From Mobula hypostoma (taxonomy: Eukaryota): DNA of 64,000 nt. The position numbers were made by a program, and so were the translations under genes. The DNA lies in contig NC_086108.1 of the NCBI RefSeq assembly GCF_963921235.1, forward strand, positions 19,034,001 through 19,098,000. The letters are read 5' to 3'. The notes under the pieces are model-generated. The model ran no database searches, was not told where the DNA came from, and saw nothing but the letters and a program-made list of their open reading frames with translations. Shown here piece by piece: positions 59,795 through 64,000 of this stretch (position 1 is the first letter of the stretch; each line of letters starts with the position of its first letter).

Positions 59795-60270
59795 GGAGTA
59801 CTGTGTGTTATACTGGTCACCATACCACAGAAAAAATGTCATGGCACTGGAGAGAGTGCAGCAGAGTATGTTGCCTAGAATGTAGGACTTTAGTTAGCGA
59901 TGGAGATTGATTAGGCTGGGTTTGTTTTCCCTGGATGAAGCATGATCTGATAGAAGCACAGAAGATTACAAGTGGCATGCACATTTAGGGGAAGAGTCAA
60001 AATTGTCTTCTCATGACCAGGGTATTGAAAACAAGAGGACATAGGTTTAAGGGAATCTGAGAGGTAAGTCATTTTATGTAGCAAATGGTAGATATCTAGA
60101 AATCGGTGCCGGAGGAGGTGGTGGAATCGGATACAATTATTCCATTTAATAAGCACTTAGACAGACAAAGAAATAAGCAAGACCTTAAAGGATATGGACC
60201 TTATTGGCCCATTAGTTCAGATGGGCAAAATTGGTCAATCTTGATGCTGTACAGCTCTGTGACTGTATTA
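59795..60270 (+). mobile_element. Old CR1 3' portion
   Basis: tggagtactgtgtg...tggtcacc and PEEVVESDTIIPFNKHLDR. Confidence 0.82.
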
Positions 60271-61189
60271 TGCTCTCACTACTACAAGGGAGTGGGGGCA
60301 TGGAAGGAATGAATGATGTCCGATATGAAATGAAGTCCATTCAAATTAGAAAAGCCCTATCAAGTGAGACAGTTTCTGACAGGATATAATTTTATGACTG
60401 TACCTAAATATTGCCCCCTGCACTCAGATAACCTGAGCCTGGCACACATCAACAAATGCTAAGGCAGGTCACTTGTGGAAATGGTATGCTGACAGCATTT
60501 AACCAAGGAGCCAGCAAATCAGAAGAGATCCCTGGGATCAGACAATCTCTCTACAATAATGGCCACTGAGAATCTTTCTGTTCCACTGTCATTACACTAC
60601 GTTTTGAGTTTACTGGAAGCTAGCCAGCAAATTTGGAAAGGGTTAAAATTAAAATGAGATGTGAGAGTGCAGGATGTTTAGAAGAATAAGCAGGATTCTC
60701 AACCTGTAAATCCAAATTTACACTTGCCCGCTTCGATACACTTTGGGTCCAGTTTTATGTAATATTCCTAATATTTATCTCTGTTAGTAGAAAAATAACC
60801 TTTAGAAGTATTGCTTACATCAAAATACCTAGGAAATAAATGAACAATTTCAGTATGGAACTTTGAATGAAAGCTTTTAATTTCCTGGGAAGAGATAAAT
60901 GGAAAGTTTAAGTAGATGTGCCAGGGTCTTCTTGTCTTTTGCTAAGTGCTACACTTACACAGGTCAGGTTTCATCAGGGAACTTCAAGAAGCCTTTAAAT
61001 ATTTTGACAGCTTCTTAAGAGAAGCATCCTTGGGCTGGTTTTCAGAAGCAGGGCTAACAGAGATCAAGGGAGAATTTCAAGAGGTACATTAATGATATGT
61101 TGCACACATCTCTCATCCCATAGACTCTTTGGGGCCTTCATCAACTTTCAGGTAAATCTGTTACTTGTCGTGTTTTATAGTCACAACTG

Positions 61190-61375
61190 TTCACACTTAT
61201 ACATACATCTACACACACTCATACACACATATATACACACAAATTCACATGCACATGCTCACACATACAAGCACAAATACACTCACAGATATATACACAT
61301 ACACTCTCTTCCACACACACACATACACAAATATACATGCAAATATTAATACATAAGTCGCACACCTACAGATAC
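61190..61375 (+). repeat. Degenerate (CA/TA)n microsatellite
   Basis: acacatacac-type low-complexity sequence. Confidence 0.85.
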
Positions 61376-61386
61376 ACCAGTACCTT

Positions 61387-61669
61387 GGGGTACCACAGTA
61401 GCATAGCGGTTAGCGTGACGCTATTATAGCTTGGAGGCGTCAGAGTTCGGAGTTCAATTCAGGCATCCTCTTTAAGAAGTTTGTATGTCCTTCCCATGAA
61501 TGTGTGAGTTTCTGCTGGGTGTTCCAGTTTCCTCCCACAGTCAAAAGACGTACCAGTTAGTAGGTTAATTGGTCATTGTAAATTGTCCCCTGATTAGGTG
61601 GCTTGCTGAGTGGTGAAGCTCATTGGGTCGGAAGGACCTGGTCCACCTGTATCTCTAACTAAAGTAAAC
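61387..61669 (+). mobile_element. Full-length V-SINE
   Basis: A box TAGCATAGCGG, B box GTTCAATTC, V-domain ccagtttcctcccacagtcaaaagacgt and CR1-like tail. Confidence 0.9.
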
Positions 61670-61884
61670 ACATACACCCACGGACAGAGTCATGTTCACT
61701 GTTTTGCACCAATACACACACACACACGCAAACTATATTTCAAGAGTTGTAGCTATCGTGAGATTTTATAGCTGAGAAAACTGCCGTTTCTTTAATATTG
61801 GTAAAGAACTGAAATGTTATAAAGGATTATGAAATTTATTACAGAAATAATGTCATTACCACAAATGATCACTGGGTTTTACCA

Positions 61885-62110
61885 GCCAGATGCTCCCTTC
61901 CTTGCACATTAAACATTCTCCAACACTTCATGCACTCTGATCACTTTGCAATAAATTGGACATTTTTGTTCTTACTGGTTTTTCTTGAAAAATGTGTATA
62001 ATTTACATTTATGTTTTTCTTGTAAATGCTGCTTATTTGATGCTTTGATTCTGTTGCACCTGTACAATATTTATACTTGTGTACATGATAATAAACTCAA
62101 CTTTGGTTTC
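61885..62110 (+). mobile_element. Rex1/Babar-type 3' UTR fragment
   Basis: ctgatcactttgcaataaattggac...gtacatgataataaactcaacttt. Confidence 0.6.
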
Positions 62111-62450
62111 TGAACCTTTGGTGTTTCCTCACAGGGCAGTCCTTTCATGAACGCAATATGTAGATTCTAACATTGGCAGCATCACAGAATACCCCTCCCA
62201 GAGTACAGTGAAAATTTAGATAAACTGATTCATCACATCTGTGATGGTCCATCCTATCATGTGAAAATGCTCCATTTCCATTCTCTTTCATATCTTTCTC
62301 AAACTGCCACATGTTTCTTACTGAATTTACTACAACCCCAGTTTGAGGGAGATCACTCACTCCACATACTAAATCCCCAATAAGACAATATTGCTATCTA
62401 ATCATACCAAATCTGGGGCTGGTTTCACTCCTCTCAGCACAATCTACAGC

Positions 62451-62640
62451 ATCAGCTGTAACTCAGTTGGTAGCAATCTCACTGTTATCAGTTGTTAGGG
62501 GCTTCCATCCTATTCCAGAATCCGAGCAAACACATCTTGTCAAGGACTTGTGACTTCTTAGCAGCTCCAAGGAGGTTTTGATCTCTCAGTGCTTCTGTAT
62601 CTTTTCCTGAGCTGTTAAATAAAGGTGCAACTATTCTGAG
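62451..62640 (+). mobile_element. Degenerate Deu-SINE-like head
   Basis: tcagctgtaactcagttggtagcaatctc...ttccatcctattccaga resembles the SacSINE1-type tRNA head (from recall). Confidence 0.45.
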
Positions 62641-63119
62641 GAAGAGTAGTTGTCAATAGTGTTGTAGCTGAAATTAATCACATACTGTGCATATTTTCTA
62701 GCTTCTACTGCTTCCTTGTTCCTGGCACTTCGGTTACATTAATTCCTACACTATAAGAGTGTTTACTTGACTGCAAACTCTATATCCTCCTAGTTAGCTC
62801 TCCCTTCTCTTCCACTTCAAAGATAAGTCTGCAACTCCAGATAGCATATCTATGCTTAGAGTTCCACTTTAGGGTTGGAGCAGTAAATTGTGGGATGAAG
62901 TTGTTGCACAGAGACTGTTCTGTATCTGCACTGATGACACATGGCAAGCAATGCCCTCTTGATGCTACCTGCTGATGAAGACAGGAGATAATTGGGACCC
63001 AATTTGCAATTACCGAATCAGCCTGTGATCTCCACCCATTTCTTTCAATGCCAGTTCTCTCCAAAACACTCACCCCCAAAAATATGCCCTTTGTACGCCA
63101 CCCACCCCAGGCTTGATCC

Positions 63120-63445
63120 TAGTGGGGGTGAGAAGAGCTACTGTTACACAGATCCAGCATCCAGGGTCCAATCCTGACCTCAGGTGCTGCCTGCGTGGAG
63201 TTCGCACTTTCTTCCTATGACTGCTCAAGTTTCCTCCCACATCCAAAGATGTATGAGTTGGCAGATCAATTGGCTATAGTTAATTGTAGGTAGCTGGAAT
63301 AATCTGGGAGGGAGGGCTTGATGGAAATTAGGGAGGAATAAATGGGATTAGTATAGGATGGGGTAAATATAATGAGGTTAGTGTAAATGGGTGTTTGATA
63401 GTGCAGACTCAATTGACTGTTACCTTCATCTATATGTCTCTATGC
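63120..63445 (+). mobile_element. V-SINE
   Basis: gggtccaatcctgacc, gtggagttcgcac and tttcctcccacatccaaagatgt. Confidence 0.8.
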
Positions 63446-64000
63446 AATCCTCTCATCCCTCTGTCCTGAGTCTTCACTCTTCCTCTGACCTGGCTCTTTG
63501 TGTAGGGTAGGAGCTAAATGCTGGACATTCCAGGTTCAAATTGTGCATCCTTCCCCTATCCACACTTTCAAAATACCTCAACGCTGTCCGGTACTCCTTC
63601 AAATTGTACCTACCTCCCATCAGCCCCGGCTATTGGTCTGCCCGTGAACTCATGCTGACTTTCACAATCCCACTTCCAATTTTCTGCACACCTTATAATT
63701 TGCTGTCATTAGCACTTTTCAGTACTAGTCCCTCAGCCCCTAAAACCACTCCATCCATGTGCATATTGAAAGCAAGAGAAATCCCATCCGATCTTTCCAC
63801 AGAACATCACTCACACATCACAGAACTGTGAGGAACAGCCTGATCCAGCACCTACCAGCAGGAAACAATTCCCCTTCAAGCAGGAGAATTTCTGTTTATT
63901 CTCTCTAATTTTGGACTCAATTAGCAAGTTATAGAAATGCTTCAGCTGTGAAACTCTGAGCAACTGAGTGTCAGAAGAGGAACACCAATCTCTCGACTTC

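Noticed and set aside
61092..61356. His/Thr/Tyr-rich ORFs
   Set aside because: Translation of a degenerate CA microsatellite.
61387..61460. tRNA-like A and B boxes (also at 8420, 25335, 35660, 41262, 43068, 63120)
   Set aside because: These are SINE heads continuing into the V-domain and a CR1-like tail; no complete cloverleaf.
62145..63079. Minus-strand ORFs of 71 and 99 aa in unique DNA
   Set aside because: No recognisable domain, non-ATG starts and no convincing splice sites.

Overview
This is vertebrate genomic DNA, and the repeat families point to a cartilaginous fish, probably a ray (inferred, not searched). Much of the window is decayed mobile DNA: CR1, Rex1/Babar-type, RTE, L2 and L1 LINE fragments, V-SINE and Deu-SINE copies, many Penelope-like element (PLE) remnants, two hAT relics, a Tc1 relic and two solo LTRs. 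These are often nested, with target-site duplications (TSDs) that can be read directly. No intact transposon ORF and no complete gene is present. Four things stand out. (1) Three phase-compatible + strand exons (9096-9157, 11068-11223, 11516-11591) encode the C-terminus of a protein I cannot name, with an in-frame TGA in the first exon. (2) Two PLE copies carry intact minimal type-I hammerhead ribozyme motifs (36723-36758 on -, 45795-45830 on +), alongside a series of decayed copies. (3) Several repeat-free, motif-dense blocks look like conserved non-coding enhancers, but conservation is untested. (4) There are two multi-level nested insertion stacks (36-39 kb and 48-53 kb). Repeat boundaries without a TSD are approximate. 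Most ORFs in the supplied track are noise or transposon remnants.
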